Made by a program: the position numbers and the translations under genes. Of a stretch of DNA of 64,000 nucleotides, positions 20,131 through 30,044 are shown piece after piece; within the stretch, counting starts at the first letter, position 1; the number at the start of each line of letters is the position of its first letter. Under the pieces are notes generated by a model. It was not told where the DNA came from, made no database searches, and saw only the letters and a list, made by a program, of their open reading frames with translations. Source of the stretch: Polyangiaceae bacterium (lineage in GTDB: Bacteria; Myxococcota_A; Polyangia; Polyangiales; Polyangiaceae); the NCBI GenBank assembly GCA_965222375.1, contig CBDCTZ010000015.1, forward strand, positions 96,001 to 160,000, read 5' to 3'.

Positions 20131-20241
20131 GGCTTCTCACGCTGCGAAATTCTGAAGGACCTTCTCGTGGTACGGCTGAAAGCACAGTGTAATCCGTCGC
20201 CGGGCGGATCAGGCTGAGATCGAGGACGGAGACCACAACGC

Positions 20242-20997
20242 TTGATGTACCCTGGCCTCTTGAAACGCCGACGGCAAGGGCAGCTCTCTATCGGTCGCGA
20301 ATTGCGTCTGGCCCGGCTACCGGGCGCCCCCGCTGTTGGGCTCCTGCTCGTCGCGATGCCCGCCGCAGGGGCCCCGAGCGCGCTGTCCGCACCCGCGGCG
20401 GTTGAGCACGAAAACAACCAGACTCGGAACGCGCCCACCGAAGACGAGGCGGGGGACGATGGCTTTGACCCCGAATTCGAAGATAGCTGGACCGTTCCGG
20501 TCGTTCACGGGTTGAGCCTCATGACGGCCATGCGAGTTGCAGAAGCTTTCATCTGGCCGGAGCCCTTCGCGGATCTGGAGCCGGGTCGCGTAGGGGAGCG
20601 CTACGAAGCGGCATTCACGCAGCCTCCCAAGTGGGACAGCTCGGCGCGAGCCTTCGAGTGGGACGACGACCCGTGGTGGCTCAATGCCGGTGGGCACGCC
20701 TTGTTCGGCAGCGAGCTGTATCTGCGCGCCCGGGTGTGTCGCCGAAACGTGGGCGAGGCGCTGCTCTTGACTACCGCGGGCAGCACGCTCTGGGAGTACG
20801 GCTTCGAGGCCAACGGGGTACGGCCCAGTGGGCTCGACCTCTGGTACACCCCCGCCGCAGGGCTGGTGCTAGGCGAGGCGCGATATCAGGGCTTCCGGGC
20901 CGCGCGGCGCCTGCGTGCGCCGGCCTGGCGAGCGGTGCTGACCACGATCCTGGATCCCTTCGGCCAGCTCGAGCGCGCCCTGGGCACACCTTGCTAG
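20242..20997 (+). CDS. DUF3943-like membrane protein (start uncertain)
   Basis: WDDDPWWLN..GH..FGSELY, STLWEY..E, PSGLDL..TP..G.VLGE. Confidence 0.65.
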   Translation: MMYPGLLKRRRQGQLSIGRELRLARLPGAPAVGLLLVAMPAAGAPSALSAPAAVEHENNQTRNAPTEDEAGDDGFDPEFEDSWTVPVVHGLSLMTAMRVAEAFIWPEPFADLEPGRVGERYEAAFTQPPKWDSSARAFEWDDDPWWLNAGGHALFGSELYLRARVCRRNVGEALLLTTAGSTLWEYGFEANGVRPSGLDLWYTPAAGLVLGEARYQGFRAARRLRAPAWRAVLTTILDPFGQLERALGTPC

Positions 20998-21187
20998 TCG
21001 CCGCCCCACGGCAGTTGAAAGCTCGTTTGAGCCATTCCCTGGGCAATTTCGGTCAGGCGCGTGACTTTGCACGGAAAATGGGTCACTAAGCGCTCCGCTT
21101 GGCGCAGTGCCGGACGCCCCCGGAGGCGACTTCGTCGGCCGCGCATGCACTCCCCCCGCCGGCGCGGCCACGCACCGAAAGAACCTC

Positions 21188-23050
21188 ATGCCACCATCCG
21201 AGCCATCCAAGTTCGCCGACTTCGGTCTGGACGAGCGCCTTGTCGCAGCCGTCGAAGGCCTTGGCTTCGATGAGCCGACTCCGATCCAAACCCAGGCGAT
21301 CCCGGATCTCTTGGGGGGGCGGGACATCATCGGACGCGCGCGCACCGGATCGGGCAAGACAGCGGCCTTCGGTTTGCCTTTGCTTGATCACGTGAAAGAA
21401 GGGGCGGCGGGCGTGCAAGCGCTGGTGCTGACACCGACGCGCGAGCTGGCAGTGCAGGTCACCGAAGCCCTGCGCAGCTACGCGACGAAGCTGCCAGTGC
21501 GCTTGGTCACCGTGTACGGCGGTGTGGCCTACGGACCGCAATTGGCGGCTCTCCGAAAAGGCGTCTCCGTCGTCGTCGGTACGCCAGGTCGCGTGCTGGA
21601 TCACATGCGCAAAGGCATCCTCGACGTTTCTTCGTTGCGGCTACTCGTTCTGGACGAAGCGGACGAGATGCTGCGCATGGGGTTCATCGAGGACGTCGAG
21701 GAAGTACTCGCGCAAAGCCCACCGGAGCGTCAGGTTGCACTGTTCACCGCAACCTTGCCGCCCCCTATTCGCAAGATCGCCAAGAAGTATCTTCAAAAAC
21801 CGATCGAAGTGCAGGTGGAGCAACACGCACACACCACCGTGCACATCACCCAGCGATGGCTGGTGGTGCCCCAGGCACACAAGATCGACGCCTTGGCCCG
21901 AGTGCTGGCAGAGCAACCCCGAGGAGCAACGCTGATATTCGCGCGCACCCGGGCAGGTTGCGCTGAAACGGCCACCGCTCTGTCGGCGCGGGGGTTGGCG
22001 GTCGACGCTCTGCACGGCGATCTGAACCAGAGTGCGCGGGAGCTCGTGCTCAACCGGCTGCGAAACGGCCGGCTGGATACCGTCGTGGCCACGGATGTGG
22101 CCGCACGGGGCTTGGACGTGGAGCACCTAACCCATGTGGTCAACTTGGATCTACCGAGTGATCTCGATAGCTACGTGCACAGGATCGGACGCACTGGGCG
22201 CGCCGGCCGCGCCGGCTTGGCGACGAGCCTGGTCACTCCCGCAGAGCGAGGCAAGCTCAATCACTTTGCACGGGTGCTGGACACACCCCTCGTTCAAACT
22301 CAAGTGCCGTCGGACTTGGACATTGCGCAGCGCCAACAATCGTATCTGCTGGAAGAGGTCGAGCGCCTGCTTGCGACACCGCCTAGTCCGGTCGTCGCAG
22401 AGATGACGGCGAAGCTTCTCGAGGCAGCCGGGCCAGAGTCGACCATAGGCGCGTTGCTCGGCGCGCTCGCGCAGGCCCGAGGCGTCCCGGTCAACGCAAT
22501 GGCACGCGCAAAGCCACCCGCCTGGGCGCGAAAGCAAAAGCGAGACACAACCAAGCGCGGAGCCGGTGACAGCTGGCGGGCCGGCAAGGGTCGTGCGGGG
22601 CGCAAACCTCGCGGGGAGGCTGTCGGACCGGGCCCACGCCGAGCCTCAGACAAGCGGGCGGCGGATAAAGAACGTCGGGGCGGGCCTAAGCGGGCGACAC
22701 CTCCGGGCAAGGCGGAGGGCCCGAAAGGAGCCAAACGCGCACTGCCCACGAAAACCAAGGGTCGTCCCCAGCGAGGGTCAGACCGAGCGACGGCTAGCGT
22801 CCCAACCGGGGAGTTGGAGTTGTTCTTGTCCATGGGTAGCCGGCGCGGGGTGCGACCCCAAGATGTGGTTGGCGCCCTAGCTGGCGATCTGGGCGTGCCT
22901 AGCAACGCCATCGGGCGCATCACGGTCGATCGCAATCACACCTTGGTTTGCCTGCCCAAGGACCTGGGCAACCAGCTGCTACGGGGCGATGCAAGCCTGC
23001 ACCTGCGCGGCCAATGGGTGGCGTTGGCGCGGGCGCGGGACCGTAGATAG
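21188..23050 (+). CDS. deaD: DEAD-box RNA helicase, DeaD/CsdA-like, with DbpA-type C-terminal RNA-binding domain
   Basis: Q motif PTPIQ, ARTGSGKT, PTRELA, TPGR, DEAD, ATDVAARGLD, HRIGRTGRAG; C-terminal G.RRGV.P.DVVGAL...IGRI. Confidence 0.9.
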   Translation: MPPSEPSKFADFGLDERLVAAVEGLGFDEPTPIQTQAIPDLLGGRDIIGRARTGSGKTAAFGLPLLDHVKEGAAGVQALVLTPTRELAVQVTEALRSYATKLPVRLVTVYGGVAYGPQLAALRKGVSVVVGTPGRVLDHMRKGILDVSSLRLLVLDEADEMLRMGFIEDVEEVLAQSPPERQVALFTATLPPPIRKIAKKYLQKPIEVQVEQHAHTTVHITQRWLVVPQAHKIDALARVLAEQPRGATLIFARTRAGCAETATALSARGLAVDALHGDLNQSARELVLNRLRNGRLDTVVATDVAARGLDVEHLTHVVNLDLPSDLDSYVHRIGRTGRAGRAGLATSLVTPAERGKLNHFARVLDTPLVQTQVPSDLDIAQRQQSYLLEEVERLLATPPSPVVAEMTAKLLEAAGPESTIGALLGALAQARGVPVNAMARAKPPAWARKQKRDTTKRGAGDSWRAGKGRAGRKPRGEAVGPGPRRASDKRAADKERRGGPKRATPPGKAEGPKGAKRALPTKTKGRPQRGSDRATASVPTGELELFLSMGSRRGVRPQDVVGALAGDLGVPSNAIGRITVDRNHTLVCLPKDLGNQLLRGDASLHLRGQWVALARARDRR

Positions 23051-23093
23051 CTCTTTTCGGTTCGCCTCCGTGGGCGGCTCCGCGAATGCGGGC

Positions 23094-23125
23094 AAAAAAA
23101 AGGAAGGGCCTTTGCGACCCTTCCT
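23094..23125 (-). terminator. Rho-independent terminator of the cold-shock gene
   Basis: Minus strand AGGAAGGG-loop-CCCTTCCT followed by a T-run, 25 nt past the csp stop. Confidence 0.8.
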
Positions 23126-23150
23126 CAGCGCACAAAGCGCTCGCGCGCCC

Positions 23151-23348
23151 TCAGACAGGGCGAACGTTTTCGGCGCGGGGACCCTTGGGACCCTCGCCGG
23201 CGTCGAACGTGACTTTTTGACCTTCACGCAGGTCTTCGAAGCGGACGCCCTCGACGTTGGACGTATGGAAGAAGATATCCTTGCCAGTTCCGGTGTCGAT
23301 GAATCCGAAGCCCTTGTCCGTGAGACGCTTAATCGTACCTTCAGCCAT
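23151..23348 (-). CDS. cspA: Cold-shock protein (CspA family), 65 aa
   Basis: MAEGTIK..KGFGFI (RNP1), DIFFH (RNP2), GPKGPRAENV. Confidence 0.95.
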   Translation of the reverse strand: MAEGTIKRLTDKGFGFIDTGTGKDIFFHTSNVEGVRFEDLREGQKVTFDAGEGPKGPRAENVRPV

Positions 23349-23646
23349 TTTGTGCTTCTTCCTGAAAAGTGTGCTTCGCAAGACTCGGGCAGCGACAATG
23401 CGGTCCGGGCCGTACGAAGTGGGCGTAGTTACCCGATTTGCCCGTCGCTGTCCACCGCACCGGACCACGCCCCCAAGCCGGCCCTTCCCTGGGCCCAGAT
23501 GTCGCGGTTCCGGGCACTTTTCGCGGAATTCTGCCTAGAGAGAAATCTGGCGATTCGGAGCGCAGAACCTCGAACTAGGCACCCGAATTCCAAGACCAGG
23601 GCCCGAGATTGCCGTCCCGGCCGCTGTCGGGCATGACTGCGGAACA

Positions 23647-25833
23647 CTACGGACTCGTCGACAGCTGCACCGCCGGCGGCACCCAAATGTAGATCGTGTA
23701 GCTCTCGGGCACGTCGAGCCAGAACTGTTTCACCGTGTGAGCGTTGATGCTCGGCACGGTAACACCCACCTTGAGGTGCTTGCCGAAGGTTAGCGTGGCC
23801 TGATGTTCGGTCTCCGCAACGATCGTGACGGAATTGCGACCGGGCTTCAGCTCCAGTGTCACGTCCTGGGTCTGAGGAACGAAGGGCGTGTCCGGGACCT
23901 GTTGGGTGCCATTGACCATCACGCTGTATGACGCGACGTCGCTGGGGTTCGCTAACAGATCCGAGATCTTCAGGTTCATCACCCGCTTCTTCTCGGTATC
24001 GCTTTCAACGTAGTCCGTTTTGATGGGCTTCCCACCGGGGTCTTGCGGCGAGTACACGTCGAGCACGATGAAGTCTTCGTCCGTCTTGTCCTCGTTGAAG
24101 TTCTTCGGATCGGTCTTCTCCCGGACTTTCACCGGCGCATGGGAAATCTTGACTTCGTCAAAGCCGGGGTAGCGTACGAATCCCCAGAGCTTTTCCTTTG
24201 TCTTGTAGGCGAAGAGGGTCGCGTTCATGCCCAGATCGACCTCGCTCGTGCCGGCGGGCCAAGAGATACCGCTGATCGTGATGGTGTCCTTGGAATAGTC
24301 GAACTCGAGAGTGGCCCCGCTGGCCCAGGCGGGCGCAGTAGAGGTGTCCAGTTCTGCCGCCTTCGAAAACTCCAGGTCCACGAGACGCTTCAAGCCATTT
24401 GCCAAGACGCTGAGTACTGGGATCTTCTCCAGAACGTCCGACAGCTTGAAGCTGTAGGCCTGCATGTTCAGCGCCATCTTCACCGGCACAGGGGGCGTGG
24501 CTTCCAGCAGCTTGAGCTTGTCCGCTATGGATACGCCAGCACGCGCCAGGATCGTGCCAAACACGGCCTTGAATCCCTCGATGGCCTTGCGCTTCACCTC
24601 TTTCAGTTTGGCGATCTGCTTGACTCCCTTGCCTCCAGGGATCGCGGCGGAAATGACTTCGGCCACCAGGGTGTCGATGGACAGCGGATCGCCGCTTCCG
24701 TTCTCCGGCTGGAAGGTGCCCCAATACACCCAACCGACAGGTTCTCCATCGAACACCGAGCGTTGGTCGTGAGCCTCGACAGACACGAGATCCGTCGGCA
24801 GGAAATTGTCGATGATCACCTGGACCAAGGCGTTGACAACATTGACGACTGCGACAGCCGCACTGACGGGCGCACCCACACCCGTCACAGCGAAGGCTAT
24901 CTCGACAATACCCAGCGCTTCGCCGTTGGCGGCGGCAATCGCGGCAGTCAAGTCCATTTCAAAATAGGACTGATGCACCAAATGGCGCGCGCTATCGAAG
25001 GGCCCGGTGACCTTGAGCGCTTGGGAGGTCGACCCAATGCCACTCGCGTGACTCAGCCCGCTCGTGGGTCCGCCGCTGAGACCATAGATTTCGTCGAGGC
25101 GCGGCTCCGCCCAATGCAGCACACCGGTGTGGTACAGCATTGACTGAACGGCTTTCTCCGTCGTGTCGTCGAGCTTCGCGTAGTCGTCACCAAAGGTGTC
25201 CGCGATGGCATCGGCGCCATCGAGAACCTCGGACAGAGCGCTGAACCCAGCTGAGCCCAGATAAGATTCCGCCAGCCCCTTCACGTTTTCGTCCTTGGAA
25301 CCCACGGTGCGCTTGCGCAGCCCTGCGATGGTGCGATGCATCCCGCTCTCCATCACATCGACGACCGCCTGCCTCGCCAAACGGCGCTCGGGAATCACCA
25401 CATGCAGCAGGGCTTCGCCAGTGAAGGGTTTGTCGAGCGTCCCCAGCCTGACGTAGTGACTGCCCGCAGTGACGTACGGCACGAATTGGTCGAAGGCCAG
25501 CTTGTCGTCAGCGAAGGTGCTGTCATCGCCGCCGTCTTCCAACACCCGCATGGCGTAGGGGTAGAGGGGCACGTCGTTTTCGAGCCAGACCACGACTTCG
25601 CTTGGATCTACGCTGAGGCCGGTCACCACCAACTCGAAGCGCATGCCGGGTTCGACCACGTAGGGATCCGGTTGCTCCAGCGTCCACTCACCCTTGATGA
25701 CCTTCGGTGGCGGCGGCGGAATGCCTTGCCCGCCGGACTCCCCCTTGGCGGTGTCGCAGCCCGCGGCAAGCGCTGCACTCACCGCCAGGAACAGATAAAT
25801 GAAAGCTCGTAGACTCGTAATTCTTCCTTGCAC
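23647..25833 (-). CDS. Large hypothetical lipoprotein (~728 aa)
   Basis: AAGC lipobox, long uninterrupted ORF, central hydrophobic Ala/Val/Gly stretch, beta-rich C-terminus. Confidence 0.75.
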   Translation of the reverse strand: MQGRITSLRAFIYLFLAVSAALAAGCDTAKGESGGQGIPPPPPKVIKGEWTLEQPDPYVVEPGMRFELVVTGLSVDPSEVVVWLENDVPLYPYAMRVLEDGGDDSTFADDKLAFDQFVPYVTAGSHYVRLGTLDKPFTGEALLHVVIPERRLARQAVVDVMESGMHRTIAGLRKRTVGSKDENVKGLAESYLGSAGFSALSEVLDGADAIADTFGDDYAKLDDTTEKAVQSMLYHTGVLHWAEPRLDEIYGLSGGPTSGLSHASGIGSTSQALKVTGPFDSARHLVHQSYFEMDLTAAIAAANGEALGIVEIAFAVTGVGAPVSAAVAVVNVVNALVQVIIDNFLPTDLVSVEAHDQRSVFDGEPVGWVYWGTFQPENGSGDPLSIDTLVAEVISAAIPGGKGVKQIAKLKEVKRKAIEGFKAVFGTILARAGVSIADKLKLLEATPPVPVKMALNMQAYSFKLSDVLEKIPVLSVLANGLKRLVDLEFSKAAELDTSTAPAWASGATLEFDYSKDTITISGISWPAGTSEVDLGMNATLFAYKTKEKLWGFVRYPGFDEVKISHAPVKVREKTDPKNFNEDKTDEDFIVLDVYSPQDPGGKPIKTDYVESDTEKKRVMNLKISDLLANPSDVASYSVMVNGTQQVPDTPFVPQTQDVTLELKPGRNSVTIVAETEHQATLTFGKHLKVGVTVPSINAHTVKQFWLDVPESYTIYIWVPPAVQLSTSP

Positions 25834-26231
25834 GCTTACTCGCCCCTTCTCGAGCGCCCAACCCAAACGGCAACTGGTAGCGTCACATACGACTTAGCAC
25901 AACCGCTAGTGGGCGCTTCCCTCTTGGACGCTTGCTGAGTCGACGAGTTTTGTCGAAGGAAGTTCTTTTTCCCGCGGGCGTATCACGCTGCAGGGATCGA
26001 TACCCCCTTGTGCCAGCGCGGCGATGGCGACTAAATAGACCTTCCACGAAGCGTCGTTCATGGGGGCACTTCAAGCATGGAGCCCGAAGTTGATTTCCGG
26101 CCGAGCTACCTGCTGTGCCTCAGGATCGCCCTCCGTGGGCGCCGCCGCAAAGCTCGCTTTGCCGCACAATCCACGATTTTGTCACGCGCGCGCCTCGCGG
26201 ATGGCGCACAGAGGTGCCATACCGTAGACGC

Positions 26232-27410
26232 ATGCCGCGCCCGCTCCTCGTCGCAAGCGATCTGCACCTCTCGCCGGGAAGCAATCCAGGCGTCTCCCGG
26301 GCTCTCGCCCTCGCAATCGAACAGCACCCGGACGCCGAGGTGATCATCGCAGGCGACGCTCTAGATCTATCGTTGTTGAAGCGGCGCTCGGACGCTGCTG
26401 AGCAGATCGCTGCTCACTTTCGACCTCATACGGCCCTGCACAGAGTTCTCGCTGCCCGCTTGGCGCGGGGCAGCCCGGTGACGTTCGTCTTGGGCAACCA
26501 CGACGCTGCCTTGGGCGACGCGCCGGTCAGAGCCGCCCTCGCCGACACATTTCGACTCGCAGGCCCGGAACCCCTGTCCGTCGTGCCCTGGTTCGTCCGG
26601 CGCGGCGACATTCACATCGAACACGGTCACGCCTACGACCCCGACAATGCCGACGTGCATCCCCTGGTCACCGAAGCCCACGACTGCGAGCCGTTGGGGA
26701 TCGCGCTGACGCGGCGCTTTCTCGCGCCAAGCGGGGCGCTCTGGTTCAAGCATCAGCATCACACGACGCCGCTCGCGGGGCTCGTGTCCTGCTTCACTCG
26801 ATACGGCGTTCGCGCCCCCAAAATCGTTGCCCACTACTTCTGGGTTGCTGCCCAGCTCTGCCTCGAAGCGCGAGACGTCGCCCCAGCGATCGGTGCTCGC
26901 GAAAAGGCGCATGCACAAATAGCGACCTTCTCGGAACAGGTCGGCGTGCCGCCGGGGGCCCTGGACGCCCTCATCGACAGCATGCTTCCCGCACGTCATC
27001 TAGATGCGCGCGATACGTTCCTCCGGTTGTACTTCGACCGCACGTTGCCCACCGCAGCGCTGACCTTTGCCCTTCCTCTCGCGCTAGCCGGCAACGCCGC
27101 AGCGGCGGGGGTTGCGCTCGCCTCCTTGATAACCCTCGCTGTTTCTCTTCGAGGTGGCGTTAGTCGCTACCAGGAGGAGGCCGAGTTGTTGCTTCGAAAC
27201 GGCGCGCAGCGCGTGCGAGCGCTGACGGGGGCAAAGCACGTAGTCCTGGGACACACCCACGTAGAAGCCGAGGAGGCAGGCTACACGAACCTCGGCTCCT
27301 TCGCGTTTTCGCGTCGCGACGGGCACGCCTACCTGCTGATCGACGAGGCCAGGAACATGAGCCGCGAAGTAGAGCCGGCCGCGGGCCCTTCGGCACTCAC
27401 TCCCAGTTGA
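26232..27410 (+). CDS. Calcineurin-like metallophosphoesterase with a hydrophobic insertion
   Basis: SDLH, GD, GNHD, EHGH, GHTH motifs. Confidence 0.85.
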   Translation: MPRPLLVASDLHLSPGSNPGVSRALALAIEQHPDAEVIIAGDALDLSLLKRRSDAAEQIAAHFRPHTALHRVLAARLARGSPVTFVLGNHDAALGDAPVRAALADTFRLAGPEPLSVVPWFVRRGDIHIEHGHAYDPDNADVHPLVTEAHDCEPLGIALTRRFLAPSGALWFKHQHHTTPLAGLVSCFTRYGVRAPKIVAHYFWVAAQLCLEARDVAPAIGAREKAHAQIATFSEQVGVPPGALDALIDSMLPARHLDARDTFLRLYFDRTLPTAALTFALPLALAGNAAAAGVALASLITLAVSLRGGVSRYQEEAELLLRNGAQRVRALTGAKHVVLGHTHVEAEEAGYTNLGSFAFSRRDGHAYLLIDEARNMSREVEPAAGPSALTPS

Positions 27411-28000
27411 CGCGGACCTGGGCGTGGTCGACGGAAGAACGCAGCACCTCGGCACGTGGGTTTCTGCCATTCGAAGCTTCCAGTACCGCCTTGAAGCCCA
27501 TCGCGGCCGAGCGATGGGCTAGGCTCGGGTACAGATGCGGCGGATGCCGGAGCGTGACTAGAGCGCTGCGTTCTCGACGTCGGCGTGGAGGGTAATGCCT
27601 TTGTGGATGAAACCCCAGCTCGTGCTGGCTCCGCGCAACGGCAGGCTCGGAGTCGCCATCTTTGCGAGAGCACGACACATCCGAGGCTCCGTGAGCTTGC
27701 GATTGGCCCGATAGGTTCGCTGCAACATGTCTTCGGCTTCGAGTTGGTGCATGTCCACGATGGCGAGTGTGCGGCGACGAACTGAACCTCCGGGATCCAC
27801 ACGCTGGGTGGCGGTGGTGAGCCCAGCAGCAGACGCACCTCCTCGGGAAGCCCGCTCGAATCCCCACCTGCTGGGCACTCCGATATCAGCCCCCGCAGTA
27901 GGGAACACTTCACGAGGTGTCTCGGATAGGACAGCACTCCATCGGGTAGGCGCGAGAGGTACGCGGAAAGGCGCGGGTAATTCTGCGCGACAAGGCTCAC
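27397..28000 (-). pseudogene. Myxobacterial hypothetical gene broken by two frameshifts
   Basis: One protein-like sequence is spread over three frames: VSLVAQNYP...FVAAH / LAIVDMHQ...ADVEN / SALVTLRHPPHLYP...VNWE. Confidence 0.65.
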
Positions 28001-28129
28001 CCTCGCAGTGTATTCGACAGCACCTGGCGGGCGCAGAAAACTAGACCGGCGCATGCACCGGGCGCTCTCTCGGCCAGATCACACATGGGCGTGCGTCCCG
28101 GCCGCAGTCGTGCTCAGGTTCTGCCCGCC

Positions 28130-29011
28130 ATGAGTTCCGCACAGCCTCGCATCCTCGCGCCACTTCCCGCGCGTAGCCGCTACCTGTCCTTTCGACTCAT
28201 CCCCAATGCCGATCCCCACGACGCCGTACAGAGGCTGGCCAAGCAGCAGCCTTTGGACGACGCGGTCATTGGGTTCGGTCACAGCTTGGTGACGCGACTG
28301 GGTGCGGAGGTCGAGGGGTTGCGGGAAAGCCCAGTGCTCTCCGGTCCGGGCGTTTCGGTTCCGTCCACGCCGGCCGCGCTGTGGGTTTGGCTGAGTGGAG
28401 ACGACGCAGGCAAGCTGCTGCATCAAGGGCGCGTCATCGCGCAGGGGCTTTCGGACGCTCTGCAATTGGAAAGCGCGACGGACGGCCTGTTCCACGACGG
28501 CGGACGAGATCTGACTGGATACGAGGACGGTACGGAAAACCCAACGGGAGAACGCGCCGAGAGTGCTGCCCTGGTCCGTGGGGCCGCTTCGGGCATGGAC
28601 GGCTCGAGCTTCGTCGCCGTGCAGCGATGGCAACACAACCTCGATCGCTTCGAAGCCATGTCCACCCTGGAGCAAGACCACAGCATTGGCCGCCGCCGAA
28701 GCGACAACGAGGAACTCGACGACGCCCCGGAGTCGGCCCACGTAAAGCGCACCGCCCAAGAGAATTTCGAACCCGAAGCCTGGGTGCTGCGTCGCTCCAT
28801 GCCGTGGATTGAAGCCTCAGCCTCAGGGCTGATGTTCGTGGCCTTCGGCAAGTCTTTCGACGCATTCGAAGCTCAACTTCGACGCATGGTCGGGCTGGAC
28901 GACGGCGTGACCGACGCCTTGTTTCGGTTCACACGGCCCATCACGAGCAACTACTATTGGTGCCCACCGCAGCAAGCTGGACAGCTCGACCTATCCGTCA
29001 TGGGCTTCTGA
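28130..29011 (+). CDS. DyP-type (dye-decolorizing) peroxidase
   Basis: DLTGYEDGTENP (GXXDG), IGRRRSDN, SAHVKR, LRRSMPW. Confidence 0.92.
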   Translation: MSSAQPRILAPLPARSRYLSFRLIPNADPHDAVQRLAKQQPLDDAVIGFGHSLVTRLGAEVEGLRESPVLSGPGVSVPSTPAALWVWLSGDDAGKLLHQGRVIAQGLSDALQLESATDGLFHDGGRDLTGYEDGTENPTGERAESAALVRGAASGMDGSSFVAVQRWQHNLDRFEAMSTLEQDHSIGRRRSDNEELDDAPESAHVKRTAQENFEPEAWVLRRSMPWIEASASGLMFVAFGKSFDAFEAQLRRMVGLDDGVTDALFRFTRPITSNYYWCPPQQAGQLDLSVMGF

Positions 29012-29051
29012 GCACAGCTGGCGTTATTGCCGCGTGCTACACTCGCCGGCG

Positions 29052-29975
29052 ATGAGTGGCGTGCAACGCGCACTAGGTCTGATAGTGGTCTCCACCCTGG
29101 GCGGCTGCTCGATTCTGGCGCCGTCGGATGACGACCTGCTCGGCGGCTCCGGCGCTGCAGACGCTTCGGCCGGTGGCGCTAGTGGCAGTGCGGGCAGCGG
29201 CGGGCTGGCAGGCGCGGCAGCAGGCAGCGGGACAGGCGGAAGTGCGGGTGGCGGCGGCGCGGCAGGCACTGCAGGGAGCGGGGGCGCAGCGGGTTCGAGG
29301 GGTGGCGCAGCGGGCGCAGGTGGAGTATCCGCAACCGGTGGCGCAGCTGGCACCACGGGTGGAACAAGCGCAACCGGCGGCAGCGGCGGAGCCGCGACGG
29401 GCGGAACCGGCGGCGGCACGGGCGGCACATCGGCAACCGGCTGTTCCGACGGCACGCGGGAAACATTCAAGAGCGAAACGCTTTACAAAGATGTCGCGGG
29501 TTGCTCTGGGGCTTGGACCGTGCCAGGCGTTCTATCCGGCTCGTCGATGACGCCGGCATGCAACCGGGCGGCTGGCAACACGGGCGCCAATCCGACCGGC
29601 ATAGGTTGCAGCGTCGCCGATCTGTGCGCTCAAGGCTGGGATGTGTGCGCCGGGAAGAACGAACTGGGCAGCAAGAGCCCGTCGGGTTGTGCGGCGGACG
29701 CGAACAACGGACTCTGGATTGTGCGCGAAGCCATGGACACGTTCGCCACCAGCTGTGGCCTCGGCGGAGCCAACCAGCAAAACAATGTTGTCGGTTGCGG
29801 CCAGGGCGTAGGCTCGCCGACGCCGGGTAGCTGCGCACCACTGAACAGATACTTCGTCATCGCCGAATGCAGCGGCACTCCAGGGTGGGACTGCGGCAGC
29901 GACCCACTGGCCGAAGCGCTAAACGTCACGAAAGACAGCTCGCAATTCGGCGGTGTGATCTGCTGCAAGGAGTAA
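29052..29975 (+). CDS. Lipoprotein with Gly-rich linker and Cys-rich domain
   Basis: GGC lipobox, CSILAPSDDDLLGG, GCSDGTRE...GGVICC domain. Confidence 0.8.
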   Translation: MSGVQRALGLIVVSTLGGCSILAPSDDDLLGGSGAADASAGGASGSAGSGGLAGAAAGSGTGGSAGGGGAAGTAGSGGAAGSRGGAAGAGGVSATGGAAGTTGGTSATGGSGGAATGGTGGGTGGTSATGCSDGTRETFKSETLYKDVAGCSGAWTVPGVLSGSSMTPACNRAAGNTGANPTGIGCSVADLCAQGWDVCAGKNELGSKSPSGCAADANNGLWIVREAMDTFATSCGLGGANQQNNVVGCGQGVGSPTPGSCAPLNRYFVIAECSGTPGWDCGSDPLAEALNVTKDSSQFGGVICCKE

Positions 29976-30044
29976 GCGGGCCTGCCAGTGCACCCAGGGC
30001 GTGAGTGTCGAGCCGCCCCGGCGCGTGTTACACTCGTCAACCAG

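Noticed and set aside
28960..29011. DyP encapsulin cargo-loading peptide
   Set aside because: The C-terminus (GQLDLSVMGF) has no linker plus GSLxIGSL-type motif, and no encapsulin gene is adjacent.
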